Shown piece after piece: positions 15,001 through 30,000 of a stretch of 64,000 nt of DNA. Both the position numbers and the translations under genes were made by a program. Where the stretch lies: positions 175,696,312-175,760,311 of the forward strand of contig CM097886.1 of the NCBI GenBank assembly GCA_044892525.1, given 5' to 3'. Under the pieces are notes generated by a model. It was not told the DNA's origin, made no database searches, and worked only from the letters and a program-made list of their open reading frames with translations. Origin of the DNA: Schmidtea polychroa (Eukaryota). How positions within the stretch are numbered: position 1 is the stretch's first letter; every line of letters starts with the position of its first letter.

Positions 15001-18000
15001 TAGCAAAGCACTAATATTCTTACCGCTCTCAAGCATTTCAGAAAGAGATACACTTTGTCCTTTCTCTGCATCATATATTGCGCTATTTTCTGCGTCAATT
15101 ATTATTCTTGCAATTGCTTCTTGTAATGACATTTCTTTTCCAGAAATTGGATCTCGTATCGTTCCTCTCAATGTGTCTACAAGACCTTTTTCGATTGCTT
15201 CATCCAAAGTCAAATGTTTTGCGTCAGTTGAATATTCCATACTGATCTTTTCTGATTCCGTTTGCTTTTCTTTATCTATTCGTTCTTTTTCGCTTCTTAG
15301 CAAAGAACTAATATTCTTACCGCTATCAAGCATTTCAGAAAGAGATACACTTTGTCCTTTCTCTGCATCATATATTGCGCTATTTTCTGCGTCAATTATT
15401 CCTCTTGCAATTGCTTCTTGTAATGACATTTCTTTTCCAGAAATTGGATCTCGTATCGTTCCTCTCAATGTGTCTACAAGACCTTTTTCGATTGCTTCAT
15501 CCAAAGTCAAATGTTTTGCGTCAGTTGAATATTCCATACTGATCTTTTCTGATTCCGTTTGCTTTTCTTTATCTATTCGTTCTTTTTCGCTTCTTAGCAA
15601 AGAACTAATATTCTTACCGCTATCAAGCATTTCAGAAAGAGATACACTTTGTCCTTTCTCTGCATCATATATTGCGCTATTTTCTGCGTCAATTATTCCT
15701 CTTGCAATTGCTTCTTGTAATGACATTTCTTTTCCAGAAATTGGATCTCGTACCGTTCCTCTCAATGTGTCTACAAGACCTTTTTCGATTGCTTCATCCA
15801 AAGTCAAATGTTTTGCGTCAGTTGAATATTCCATACTGATCTTTTCTGATTCCGTTTGCTTTTCTTTATCTATTCGTTCTTTTTCGCTTCTTAGCAAAGC
15901 ACTAATATTCTTACCGCTCTCAAGCATTTCAGAAAGAGATACACTTTGTCCTTTCTCTGCATCATATATTGCGCTATTTTCTGCGTCAATTATTCCTCTT
16001 GCAATTGCTTCTTGTAATGACATTTCTTTTCCAGAAATTGGATCTCGTACCGTTCCTCTCAATGTGTCTACAAGACCTTTTTCGATTGCTTCATCCAAAG
16101 TCAAATGTTTTGCGTCAGTTGAATATTCCATACTGATCTTTTCTGATTCCGTTTGCTTTTCTTTATCTATTCGTTCTTTTTCGCTTCTTAGCAAAGCACT
16201 AATATTCTTACCGCTCTCAAGCATTTCAGAAAGAGATACACTTTGTCCTTTCTCTGCATCATATATTGCGCTATTTTCTGCGTCAATTATTCCTCTTGCA
16301 ATTGCTTCTTGTAATGACATTTCTTTTCCAGAAATTGGATCTCGTATCGTTCCTCTCAATGTGTCTACAAGACCTTTTTCGATTGCTTCATCCAAAGTCA
16401 AATGTTTTGCGTCAGTTGAATATTCCATACTGATCTTTTCTGATTCCGTTTGCTTTTCTTTATCTATTCGTTCTTTTTCGCTTCTTAGCAAAGAACTAAT
16501 ATTCTTACCGCTATCAAGCATTTCAGAAAGAGATACACTTTGTCCTTTCTCTGCATCATATATTGCGCTATTTTCTGCGTCAATTATTCCTCTTGCAATT
16601 GCTTCTTGTAATGACATTTCTTTTCCAGAAATTGGATCTCGTACCGTTCCTCTCAATGTGTCTACAAGACCTTTTTCGATTGCTTCATCCAAAGTCAAAT
16701 GTTTTGCGTCAGTTGAATATTCCATACTGATCTTTTCTGATTCCGTTTGCTTTTCTTTATCTATTCGTTCTTTTTCGCTTCTTAGCAAAGAACTAATATT
16801 CTTACCGCTATCAAGCATTTCAGAAAGAGATACACTTTGTCCTTTCTCTGCATCATATATTGCGCTATTTTCTGCGTCAATTATTCCTCTTGCAATTGCT
16901 TCTTGTAATGACATTTCTTTTCCAGAAATTGGATCTCGTACCGTTCCTCTCAATGTGTCTACAAGACCTTTTTCGATTGCTTCATCCAAAGTCAAATGTT
17001 TTGCGTCAGTTGAATATTCCATACTGATCTTTTCTGATTCCGTTTGCTTTTCTTTATCTATTCGTTCTTTTTCGCTTCTTAGCAAAGAACTAATATTCTT
17101 ACCGCTATCAAGCATTTCAGAAAGAGATACACTTTGTCCTTTCTCTGCATCATATATTGCGCTATTTTCTGCGTCAATTATTCCTCTTGCAATTGCTTCT
17201 TGTAATGACATTTCTTTTCCAGAAATTGGATCTCGTACCGTTCCTCTCAATGTGTCTACAAGACCTTTTTCGATTGCTTCATCCAAAGTCAAATGTTTTG
17301 CGTCAGTTGAATATTCCATACTGATCTTTTCTGATTCCGTTTGCTTTTCTTTATCTATTCGTTCTTTTTCGCTTCTTAGCAAAGCACTAATATTCTTACC
17401 GCTCTCAAGCATTTCAGAAAGAGATACACTTTGTCCTTTCTCTGCATCATATATTGCGCTATTTTCTGCGTCAATTATTCCTCTTGCAATTGCTTCTTGT
17501 AATGACATTTCTTTTCCAGAAATTGGATCTCGTACCGTTCCTCTCAATGTGTCTACAAGACCTTTTTCGATTGCTTCATCCAAAGTCAAATGTTTTGCGT
17601 CAGTTGAATATTCCATACTGATCTTTTCTGATTCCGTTTGCTTTTCTTTATCTATTCGTTCTTTTTCGCTTCTTAGCAAAGCACTAATATTCTTACCGCT
17701 CTCAAGCATTTCAGAAAGAGATACACTTTGTCCTTTCTCTGCATCATATATTGCGCTATTTTCTGCGTCAATTATTCCTCTTGCAATTGCTTCTTGTAAT
17801 GACATTTCTTTTCCAGAAATTGGATCTCGTATCGTTCCTCTCAATGTGTCTACAAGACCTTTTTCGATTGCTTCATCCAAAGTCAAATGTTTTGCGTCAG
17901 TTGAATATTCCATACTGATCTTTTCTGATTCCGTTTGCTTTTCTTTATCTATTCGTTCTTTTTCGCTTCTGAGCAAAGCACTAATATTCTTACCGCTCTC

Positions 18001-21000
18001 AAGCATTTCAGAAAGAGATACACTTTGTCCTTTCTCTGCATCATATATTGCGCTATTTTCTGCGTCAATTATTCCTCTTGCAATTGCTTCTTGTAATGAC
18101 ATTTCTTTTCCAGAAATTGGATCTCGTACCGTTCCTCTCAATGTGTCTACAAGACCTTTTTCGATTGCTTCATCCAAAGTCAAATGTTTTGCGTCAGTTG
18201 AATATTCCATACTGATCTTTTCTGATTCCGTTTGCTTTTCTTTATCTATTCGTTCTTTTTCGCTTCTTAGCAAAGCACTAATATTCTTACCGCTCTCAAG
18301 CATTTCAGAAAGAGATACACTTTGTCCTTTCTCTGCATCATATATTGCGCTATTTTCTGCGTCAATTATTCCTCTTGCAATTGCTTCTTGTAATGACATT
18401 TCTTTTCCAGAAATTGGATCTCGTATCGTTCCTCTCAATGTGTCTACAAGACCTTTTTCGATTGCTTCATCCAAAGTCAAATGTTTTGCGTCAGTTGAAT
18501 ATTCCATACTGATCTTTTCTGATTCCGTTTGCTTTTCTTTATCTATTCGTTCTTTTTCGCTTCTTAGCAAAGAACTAATATTCTTACCGCTATCAAGCAT
18601 TTCAGAAAGAGATACACTTTGTCCTTTCTCTGCATCATATATTGCGCTATTTTCTGCGTCAATTATTCCTCTTGCAATTGCTTCTTGTAATGACATTTCT
18701 TTTCCAGAAATTGGATCTCGTACCGTTCCTCTCAATGTGTCTACAAGACCTTTTTCGATTGCTTCATCCAAAGTCAAATGTTTTGCGTCAGTTGAATATT
18801 CCATACTGATCTTTTCTGATTCCGTTTGCTTTTCTTTATCTATTCGTTCTTTTTCGCTTCTTAGCAAAGAACTAATATTCTTACCGCTATCAAGCATTTC
18901 AGAAAGAGATACACTTTGTCCTTTCTCTGCATCATATATTGCGCTATTTTCTGCGTCAATTATTCCTCTTGCAATTGCTTCTTGTAATGACATTTCTTTT
19001 CCAGAAATTGGATCTCGTACCGTTCCTCTCAATGTGTCTACAAGACCTTTTTCGATTGCTTCATCCAAAGTCAAATGTTTTGCGTCAGTTGAATATTCCA
19101 TACTGATCTTTTCTGATTCCGTTTGCTTTTCTTTATCTATTCGTTCTTTTTCGCTTCTTAGCAAAGCACTAATATTCTTACCGCTCTCAAGCATTTCAGA
19201 AAGAGATACACTTTGTCCTTTCTCTGCATCATATATTGCGCTATTTTCTGCGTCAATTATTCCTCTTGCAATTGCTTCTTGTAATGACATTTCTTTTCCA
19301 GAAATTGGATCTCGTACCGTTCCTCTCAATGTGTCTACAAGACCTTTTTCGATTGCTTCATCCAAAGTCAAATGTTTTGCGTCAGTTGAATATTCCATAC
19401 TGATCTTTTCTGATTCCGTTTGCTTTTCTTTATCTATTCGTTCTTTTTCGCTTCTTAGCAAAGCACTAATATTCTTACCGCTCTCAAGCATTTCAGAAAG
19501 AGATACACTTTGTCCTTTCTCTGCATCATATATTGCGCTATTTTCTGCGTCAATTATTCCTCTTGCAATTGCTTCTTGTAATGACATTTCTTTTCCAGAA
19601 ATTGGATCTCGTATCGTTCCTCTCAATGTGTCTACAAGACCTTTTTCGATTGCTTCATCCAAAGTCAAATGTTTTGCGTCAGTTGAATATTCCATACTGA
19701 TCTTTTCTGATTCCGTTTGCTTTTCTTTATCTATTCGTTCTTTTTCGCTTCTTAGCAAAGAACTAATATTCTTACCGCTATCAAGCATTTCAGAAAGAGA
19801 TACACTTTGTCCTTTCTCTGCATCATATATTGCGCTATTTTCTGCGTCAATTATTCCTCTTGCAATTGCTTCTTGTAATGACATTTCTTTTCCAGAAATT
19901 GGATCTCGTACCGTTCCTCTCAATGTGTCTACAAGACCTTTTTCGATTGCTTCATCCAAAGTCAAATGTTTTGCGTCAGTTGAATATTCCATACTGATCT
20001 TTTCTGATTCCGTTTGCTTTTCTTTATCTATTCGTTCTTTTTCGCTTCTTAGCAAAGAACTAATATTCTTACCGCTATCAAGCATTTCAGAAAGAGATAC
20101 ACTTTGTCCTTTCTCTGCATCATATATTGCGCTATTTTCTGCGTCAATTATTCCTCTTGCAATTGCTTCTTGTAATGACATTTCTTTTCCAGAAATTGGA
20201 TCTCGTACCGTTCCTCTCAATGTGTCTACAAGACCTTTTTCGATTGCTTCATCCAAAGTCAAATGTTTTGCGTCAGTTGAATATTCCATACTGATCTTTT
20301 CTGATTCCGTTTGCTTTTCTTTATCTATTCGTTCTTTTTCGCTTCTTAGCAAAGCACTAATATTCTTACCGCTCTCAAGCATTTCAGAAAGAGATACACT
20401 TTGTCCTTTCTCTGCATCATATATTGCGCTATTTTCTGCGTCAATTATTCCTCTTGCAATTGCTTCTTGTAATGACATTTCTTTTCCAGAAATTGGATCT
20501 CGTATCGTTCCTCGCAATGTGTCTACAAGACCTTTTTCGATTGCTTCATCCAAAGTCAAATGTTTTGCGTCAGTTGAATATTCCATACTGATCTTTTCTG
20601 ATTCCGTTTGCTTTTCTTTATCTATTCGTTCTTTTTCGCTTCTTAGCAAAGCACTAATATTCTTACCGCTCTCAAGCATTTCAGAAAGAGATAAACTTTG
20701 TCCTTTCTCTGCATCATATATTGCGCTATTTTCTGCGTCAATTATTCCTCTTGCAATTGCTTCTTGTAATGACATTTCTTTTCCAGAAATTGGATCTCGT
20801 ACCGTTCCTCTCAATGTGTCTACAAGACCTTTTTCGATTGCTTCATCCAAAGTCAAATGTTTTGCGTCAGTTGAATATTCCATACTGATCTTTTCTGATT
20901 CCGTTTGCTTTTCTTTATCTATTCGTTCTTTTTCGCTTCTTAGCAAAGCACTAATATTCTTACCGCTCTCAAGCATTTCAGAAAGAGATACACTTTGTCC

Positions 21001-24000
21001 TTTCTCTGCATCATATATTGCGCTATTTTCTGCGTCAATTATTCCTCTTGCAATTGCTTCTTGTAATGACATTTCTTTTCCAGAAATTGGATCTCGTATC
21101 GTTCCTCGCAATGTGTCTACAAGACCTTTTTCGATTGCTTCATCCAAAGTCAAATGTTTTGCGTCAGTTGAATATTCCATACTGATCTTTTCTGATTCCG
21201 TTTGCTTTTCTTTATCTATTCGTTCTTTTTCGCTTCTTAGCAAAGCACTAATATTCTTACCGCTCTCAAGCATTTCAGAAAGAGATACACTTTGTCCTTT
21301 CTCTGCATCATATATTGCGAAATTTTCTGCGTCAATTATTCCTCCTGCAATTGCTTCTTGTAAAGACATTTCTTTTCCAGAAATTGGATCTCGTATCGTT
21401 CCTCGCAATGTATTTACAAGACCTTTTTCGATTGCTTCATCCAAAGTCAAATGTTTTGCGTCAGTTGAATATTCCATACTGATCTTTTCTGATTCTGTTT
21501 GCTTTTCTTTATCTATTCGTTCTTTTTCGCTTCTTAGCAAAGCACTAATATTCTTACCGCTCTCAAGCATTTCAGAAAGAGATACACTTTGTCCTTTCTC
21601 TGCATCATATATTGCGCTATTTTCTGCGTCAATTATTCCTCTTGCAATTGCTTCTTGTAATGACATTTCTTTTCCAGAAATTGGATCTCGTACCGTTCCT
21701 CTCAATGTGTCTACAAGACCTTTTTCGATTGTTTCATCCAAAGTCAAATGTTTTGCGTCAGTTGAATATTCCATACTGATCTTTTCTGATTCCGTTTGCT
21801 TTTCTTTATCTATTCGTTCTTTTTCGCTTCTTAGCAAAGCACTAATATTTTTACCGCTCTCAAGCATTTCAGAAAGAGATACACTTTGTCCTTTCTCTGC
21901 ATCATATATTGCGCTATTTTCTGCGTCAATTATTCCTCTTGCAATTGCTTCTTGTAATGACATTTCTTTTCCAGAAATTGGATCTCGTATCGTTCCTCTC
22001 AATGTGTCTACAAGACCTTTTTCGATTGCTTCATCCAAAGTCAAATGTTTTGCGTCAGTTGAATATTCCATACTGATCTTTTCTGATTCCGTTTGCTTTT
22101 CTTTATCTATTCGTTCTTTTTCGCTTCTTAGCAAAGCACTAATATTCTTACCGCTCTCAAGCATTTCAGAAAGAGATACACTTTGTCCTTTCTCTGCATC
22201 ATATATTGCGAAATTTTCTGCGTCAATTATTCCTCTTGCAATTGCTTCTTGTAAAGACATTTCTTTTCCAGAAATTGAATCTCGTATCGTTCCTCGCAAT
22301 GTATTTACAAGACCTTTTTCGATTGCTTCATCCAAAGTCAAATGTTTTGCGTCAGTTGAATATTCCATACTGATCTTTTCTGATTCCGTTTGCTTTTCTT
22401 TATCTATTCGTTCTTTTTCGCTTCTTAGCAAAGCACTAATATTCTTACCGCTCTCAAGCATTTCAGAAAGAGATACACTTTGTCCTTTCTCTGCATCATA
22501 TATTGCGCTATTTTCTGCGTCAATTATTCCTCTTGCAATTGCTTCTTGTAATGACATTTCTTTTCCAGAAATTGGATCTCGTACCGTTCCTCTCAATGTG
22601 TCTACAAGACCTTTTTCGATTGCTTCATCCAAAGTCAAATGTTTTGCGTCAGTTGAATATTCCATACTGATCTTTTCTGATTCCGTTTGCTTTTCTTTAT
22701 CTATTCGTTCTTTTTCGCTTCTTAGCAAAGCACTAATATTCTTACCGCTCTCAAGCATTTCAGAAAGAGATACACTTTGTCCTTTCTCTGCATCATATAT
22801 TGCGCTATTTTCAGCGTCAATTATTCCTCTTGCAATTGCTTCTTGTAATGACATTTCTTTTCCAGAAATTGGATCTCGTACCGTTCCTCTCAATGTGTCT
22901 ACAAGACCTTTTTCGATTGCTTCATCCAAAGTCAAATGTTTTGCGTCAGTTGAATATTCCATACTGATCTTTTCTGATTCCGTTTGCTTTTCTTTATCTA
23001 TTCGTTCTTTTTCGCTTCTTAGCAAAGCACTAATATTCTTACCGCTCTCAAGCATTTCAGAAAGAGATACACTTTGTCCTTTCTCTGCATCATATATTGC
23101 GCTATTTTCTGCGTCAATTATTCCTCTTGCAATTGCTTCTTGTAATGACATTTCTTTTCCAGAAATTGGATCTCGTACCGTTCCTCTCAATGTGTCTACA
23201 AGACCTTTTTCGATTGCTTCATCCAAAGTCAAATGTTTTGCGTCAGTTGAATATTCCATACTGATCTTTTCTGATTCCGTTTGCTTTTCTTTATCTATTC
23301 GTTCTTTTTCGCTTCTTAGCAAAGCACTAATATTCTTACCGCTCTCAAGCATTTCAGAAAGAGATACACTTTGTCCTTTCTCTGCATCATATATTGCGCT
23401 ATTTTCTGCGTCAATTATTCCTCTTGCAATTGCTTCTTGTAATGACATTTCTTTTCCAGAAATTGGATCTCGTACCGTTCCTCTCAATGTGTCTACAAGA
23501 CCTTTTTCGATTGTTTCATCCAAAGTCAAATGTTTTGCGTCAGTTGAATATTCCATACTGATCTTTTCTGATTCCGTTTGCTTTTCTTTATCTATTCGTT
23601 CTTTTTCGCTTCTTAGCAAAGCACTAATATTTTTACCGCTCTCAAGCATTTCAGAAAGAGATACACTTTGTCCTTTCTCTGCATCATATATTGCGCTATT
23701 TTCTGCGTCAATTATTCCTCTTGCAATTGCTTCTTGTAATGACATTTCTTTTCCAGAAATTGGATCTCGTATCGTTCCTCTCAATGTGTCTACAAGACCT
23801 TTTTCGATTGCTTCATCCAAAGTCAAATGTTTTGCGTCAGTTGAATATTCCATACTGATCTTTTCTGATTCCGTTTGCTTTTCTTTATCTATTCGTTCTT
23901 TTTCGCTTCTTAGCAAAGCACTAATATTCTTACCGCTCTCAAGCATTTCAGAAAGAGATACACTTTGTCCTTTCTCTGCATCATATATTGCGAAATTTTC

Positions 24001-27000
24001 TGCGTCAATTATTCCTCTTGCAATTGCTTCTTGTAAAGACATTTCTTTTCCAGAAATTGGATCTCGTATCGTTCCTCGCAATGTATTTACAAGACCTTTT
24101 TCGATTGCTTCATCCAAAGTCAAATGTTTTGCGTCAGTTGAATATTCCATACTGATCTTTTCTGATTCCGTTTGCTTTTCTTTATCTATTCGTTCTTTTT
24201 CGCTTCTTAGCAAAGCACTAATATTCTTACCGCTCTCAAGCATTTCAGAAAGAGATACACTTTGTCCTTTCTCTGCATCATATATTGCGCTATTTTCTGC
24301 GTCAATTATTCCTCTTGCAATTGCTTCTTGTAATGACATTTCTTTTCCAGAAATTGGATCTCGTACCGTTCCTCTCAATGTGTCTACAAGACCTTTTTCG
24401 ATTGCTTCATCCAAAGTCAAATGTTTTGCGTCAGTTGAATATTCCATACTGATCTTTTCTGATTCCGTTTGCTTTTCTTTATCTATTCGTTCTTTTTCGC
24501 TTCTTAGCAAAGCACTAATATTCTTACCGCTCTCAAGCATTTCAGAAAGAGATACACTTTGTCCTTTCTCTGCATCATATATTGCGCTATTTTCAGCGTC
24601 AATTATTCCTCTTGCAATTGCTTCTTGTAATGACATTTCTTTTCCAGAAATTGGATCTCGTACCGTTCCTCTCAATGTGTCTACAAGACCTTTTTCGATT
24701 GTTTCATCCAAAGTCAAATGTTTTGCGTCAGTTGAATATTCCATACTGATCTTTTCTGATTCCGTTTGCTTTTCTTTATCTATTCGTTCTTTTTCGCTTC
24801 TTAGCAAAGCACTAATATTTTTACCGCTCTCAAGCATTTCAGAAAGAGATACACTTTGTCCTTTCTCTGCATCATATATTGCGCTATTTTCTGCGTCAAT
24901 TATTCCTCTTGCAATTGCTTCTTGTAATGACATTTCTTTTCCAGAAATTGGATCTCGTATCGTTCCTCTCAATGTGTCTACAAGACCTTTTTCGATTGCT
25001 TCATCCAAAGTCAAATGTTTTGCGTCAGTTGAATATTCCATACTGATCTTTTCTGATTCCGTTTGCTTTTCCTTATCTATTCGTTCTTTTTCGCTTCTTA
25101 GCAAAGCACTAATATTCTTACCGCTCTCAAGCATTTCAGAAAGAGATACACTTTGTCCTTTCTCTGCATCATATATTGCGAAATTTTCTGCGTCAATTAT
25201 TCCTCTTGCAATTGCTTCTTGTAAAGACATTTCTTTTCCAGAAATTGGATCTCGTATCGTTCCTCGCAATGTATTTACAAGACCTTTTTCGATTGCTTCA
25301 TCCAAAGTCAAATGTTTTGCGTCAGTTGAATATTCCATACTGATCTTTTCTGATTCCGTTTGCTTTTCTTTATCTATTCGTTCTTTTTCGCTTCTTAGCA
25401 AAGCACTAATATTCTTACCGCTCTCAAGCATTTCAGAAAGAGATACACTTTGTCCTTTCTCTGCATCATATATTGCGCTATTTTCTGCGTCAATTATTCC
25501 TCTTGCAATTGCTTCTTGTAATGACATTTCTTTTCCAGAAATTGGATCTCGTATCGTTCCTCTCAATGTGTCTACAAGACCTTTTTCGATTGTTTCATCC
25601 AAAGTCAAATGTTTTGCGTCAGTTGAATATTCCATACTGATCTTTTCTGATTCCGTTTGCTTTTCTTTATCTATTCGTTCTTTTTCGCTTCTTAGCAAAG
25701 CACTAATATTCTTACCGCTCTCAAGCATTTCAGAAAGAGATACACTTTGTCCTTTCTCTGCATCATATATTGCGCTATTTTCTGCGTCAATTATTCCTCT
25801 TGCAATTGCTTCTTGTAATGACATTTCTTTTCCAGAAATTGGATCTCGTACCGTTCCTCTCAATGTGTCTACAAGACCTTTTTCGATTGCTTCATCCAAA
25901 GTCAAATGTTTTGCGTCAGTTGAATATTCCATACTGATCTTTTCTGATTCCGTTTGCTTTTCTTTATCTATTCGTTCTTTTTCGCTTCTTAGCAAAGCAC
26001 TAATATTCTTACCGCTCTCAAGCATTTCAGAAAGAGATACACTTTGTCCTTTCTCTGCATCATATATTGCGCTATTTTCTGCGTCAATTATTCCTCTTGC
26101 AATTGCTTCTTGTAATGACATTTCTTTTCCAGAAATTGGATCTCGTACCGTTCCTCTCAATGTGTCTACAAGACCTTTTTCGATTGCTTCATCCAAAGTC
26201 AAATGTTTTGCGTCAGTTGAATATTCCATACTGATCTTTTCTGATTCCGTTTGCTTTTCTTTATCTATTCGTTCTTTTTCGCTTCTTAGCAAAGCACTAA
26301 TATTCTTACCGCTCTCAAGCATTTCAGAAAGAGATACACTTTGTCCTTTCTCTGCATCATATATTGCGCTATTTTCTGCGTCAATTATTCCTCTTGCAAT
26401 TGCTTCTTGTAATGACATTTCTTTTCCAGAAATTGGATCTCGTATCGTTCCTCGCAATGTGTCTACAAGACCTTTTTCGATTGCTTCATCCAAAGTCAAA
26501 TGTTTTGCGTCAGTTGAATATTCCATACTGATCTTTTCTGATTCCGTTTGCTTTTCTTTATCTATTCGTTCTTTTTCGCTTCTTAGCAAAGCACTAATAT
26601 TCTTACCGCTCTCAAGCATTTCAGAAAGAGATACACTTTGTCCTTTCTCTGCATCATATATTGCGCTATTTTCTGCGTCAATTATTCCTCTTGCAATTGC
26701 TTCTTGTAATGACATTTCTTTTCCAGAAATTGGATCTCGTATCGTTCCTCTCAATGTGTCTACAAGACCTTTTTCGATTGTTTCATCCAAAGTCAAATGT
26801 TTTGCGTCAGTTGAATATTCCATACTGATCTTTTCTGATTCCGTTTGCTTTTCTTTATCTATTCGTTCTTTTTCGCTTCTTAGCAAAGCACTAATATTCT
26901 TACCGCTCTCAAGCATTTTAGAAAGAGATACACTTTGTCCTTTCTCTGCATCATATATTGCGCTATTTTCTGCGTCAATTATTCCTCTTGCAATTGCTTC

Positions 27001-30000
27001 TTGTAATGACATTTCTTTTCCAGAAATTGGATCTCGTATCGTTCCTCTCAATGTGTCTACAAGACCTTTTTCGATTGCTTCATCCAAAGTCAAATGTTTT
27101 GCGTCAGTTGAATATTCCATACTGATCTTTTCTGATTCCGTTTGCTTTTCTTTATCTATTCGTTCTTTTTCGCTTCTTAGCAAAGCACTAATATTCTTAC
27201 CGCTCTCAAGCATTTCAGAAAGAGATACACTTTGTCCTTTCTCTGCATCATATATTGCGCTATTTTCTGTGTCAATTATTCCTCTTGCAATTGCTTCTTG
27301 TAATGACATTTCGTTTCCAGAAATTGGATCTCGTATCGTTCCTCTCAATGTGTCTACAAGACCTTTTTCGATTGTTTCATCCAAAGTCAAATGTTTTGCG
27401 TCAGTTGAATATTCCATACTGATCTTTTCTGATTCCGTTTGCTTTTCTTTATCTATTCGTTCTTTTTCGCTTCTTAGCAAAGCACTAATATTCTTACCGC
27501 TCTCAAGCATTTCAGAAAGATATACACTTTGTCCTTTCTCTGCATCATATATTGCGCTATTTTCTGCGTCAATTATTCCTCTTGCAATCGCTTCTTGTAA
27601 TGACATTTCTTTTCCAGAAATTGGATCTCGTATCGTTCCTCGCAATGTGTCTACAAGACCTTTTTCGATTGCTTCATCCAAAGTCAAATGTTTTGCGTCA
27701 GTTGAATATTCCATACTGATCTTTTCTGATTCCGTTCGCTTTTCTTTATCTATTCGTTCTTTTTCGCTTCTTAGCAAAGCACTAATATTCTTACCGCTCT
27801 CAAGCATTTCAGAAAGAGATACACTTTGTCCTTTCTCTGCATCATATATTGCGCTATTTTCTGCGTCAATTATTCCTCTTGCAATTGCTTTTTGTAATGA
27901 CATTTCTTTTCCAGAAATTGGATCTCGTATCGTTCCTCTCAATGTGTCTACAAGACCTTTTTCGATTGTTTCATCCAAAGTCAAATGTTTTGCGTCAGTT
28001 GAATATTCCATACTGATCTTTTCTGATTCCGTTTGCTTTTCTTTATCTATTCGTTCTTTTTCGCTTCTTAGCAAAGCACTAATATTCTTACCGCTCTCAA
28101 GCATTTCAGAAAGAGATACACTTTGTCCTTTCTCTGCATCATATATTGCGCTATTTTCTGCGTCAATTATTCCTCTTGCAATCGCTTCTTGTAATGACAT
28201 TTCTTTTCCAGAAATTGGATCTCGTATCGTTCCTCGCAATGTGTCTACAAGACCTTTTTCGATTGCTTCATCCAAAGTCAAATGTTTTGCGTCAGTTGAA
28301 TATTCCATACTGATCTTTTCTGATTCCGTTTGCTTTTCTTTATTTATTCGTTCTTTTTCGCTTCTTAGCAAAGCACTTATATTCTTACCGCTCTCAAGCA
28401 TTTCAGAAAGAGATACACTTTGTCCTTTCTCTGCATCATATATTGCGCTATTTTCTGCGTCAATTATTCCTCTTGCAATTGCTTCTTGTAATGACATTTC
28501 TTTTCCAGAAATTGGATCTCGTATCGTTCCTCTCAATGTGTCTACAAGACCTTTTTCGATTGCTTCATCCAAAGTCAAATGTTTTGCGTCAGTTGAATAT
28601 TCCATACTGATCTTTTCTGATTCCGTTTGCTTTTCTTTATCTATTCGTTCTTTTTCGCTTCTTAGCAAAGCACTAATATTCTTACCGCTCTCAAGCATTT
28701 CAGAAAGAGATACACTTTGTCCTTTCTCTGCATCATATATTGCGCTATTTTCTGCGTCAATTATTCCTCTTGCAATTGCTTCTTGTAATGACATTTCTTT
28801 TCCAGAAATTGGATCTCGTACCGTTCCTCTCAATGTGTCTACAAGACCTTTTTCGATTGCTTCATCCAAAGTCAAATGTTTTGCGTCAGTTGAATATTCC
28901 ATACTGATCTTTTCTGATTCCGTTTGCTTTTCTTTATCTATTCGTTCTTTTTCGCTTCTTAACAAAGCACTAATATTCTTACCGCTCTCAAGCATTTCAG
29001 AAAGAGATACACTTTGTCCTTTCTCTGCATCATATATTGCGCTATTTTCTGCGTCAATTATTCCTCTTGCAATTGCTTCTTGTAATGACATTTCTTTTCC
29101 AGAAATTGGATCTCGTATCGTTCCTCTCAATGTGTCTACAAGACCTTTTTCGATTGCTTCATCCAAAGTCAAATGTTTTGCGTCAGTTGAATATTCCATA
29201 CTGATCTTTTCTGATTCCGTTTGCTTTTCTTTATCTATTCGTTCTTTTTCGCTTCTTAGCAAAGCACTAATATTCTTACCGCTCTCAAGCATTTCAGAAA
29301 GAGATACACTTTGTCCTTTCTCTGCATCATATATTGCGCTATTTTCTGCGTCAATTATTCCTCTTGCAATTGCTTCTTGTAATGACATTTCTTTTCCAGA
29401 AATTGGATCTCGTATCGTTCCTCTCAATGTGTCTACAAGACCTTTTTCGATTGCTTCATCCAAAGTCAAATGTTTTGCGTCAGTTGAATATTCCATACTG
29501 ATCTTTTCTGATTCCGTTTGCTTTTCTTTATCTATTCGTTCTTTTTCGCTTCTTAACAAAGCACTAATATTCTTACCGCTCTCAAGCATTTCAGAAAGAG
29601 ATACACTTTGTCCTTTCTCTGCATCATATATTGCGCTATTTTCTGCGTCAATTATTCCTCTTGCAATTGCTTCTTGTAATGACATTTCTTTTCCAGAAAT
29701 TGGATCTCGTATCGTTCCTCTCAATGTGTCTACAAGACCTTTTTCGATTGCTTCATCCAAAGTCAAATGTTTTGCGTCAGTTGAATATTCCATATTGATC
29801 TTTTCTGATTCCGTTTGCTTTTCTTTATCTATTCGTTCTTTTTCGCTTCTTAGCAAAGCACTAATATTCTTACCGCTCTCAAGCATTTCAGAAAGAGATA
29901 CACTTTGTCCTTTCTCTGCATCATATATTGCGCTATTATCTGCGTCAATTATTCCTCTTGCAATTGCTTCTTGTAATGACATTTCTTTTCCAGAAATTGG

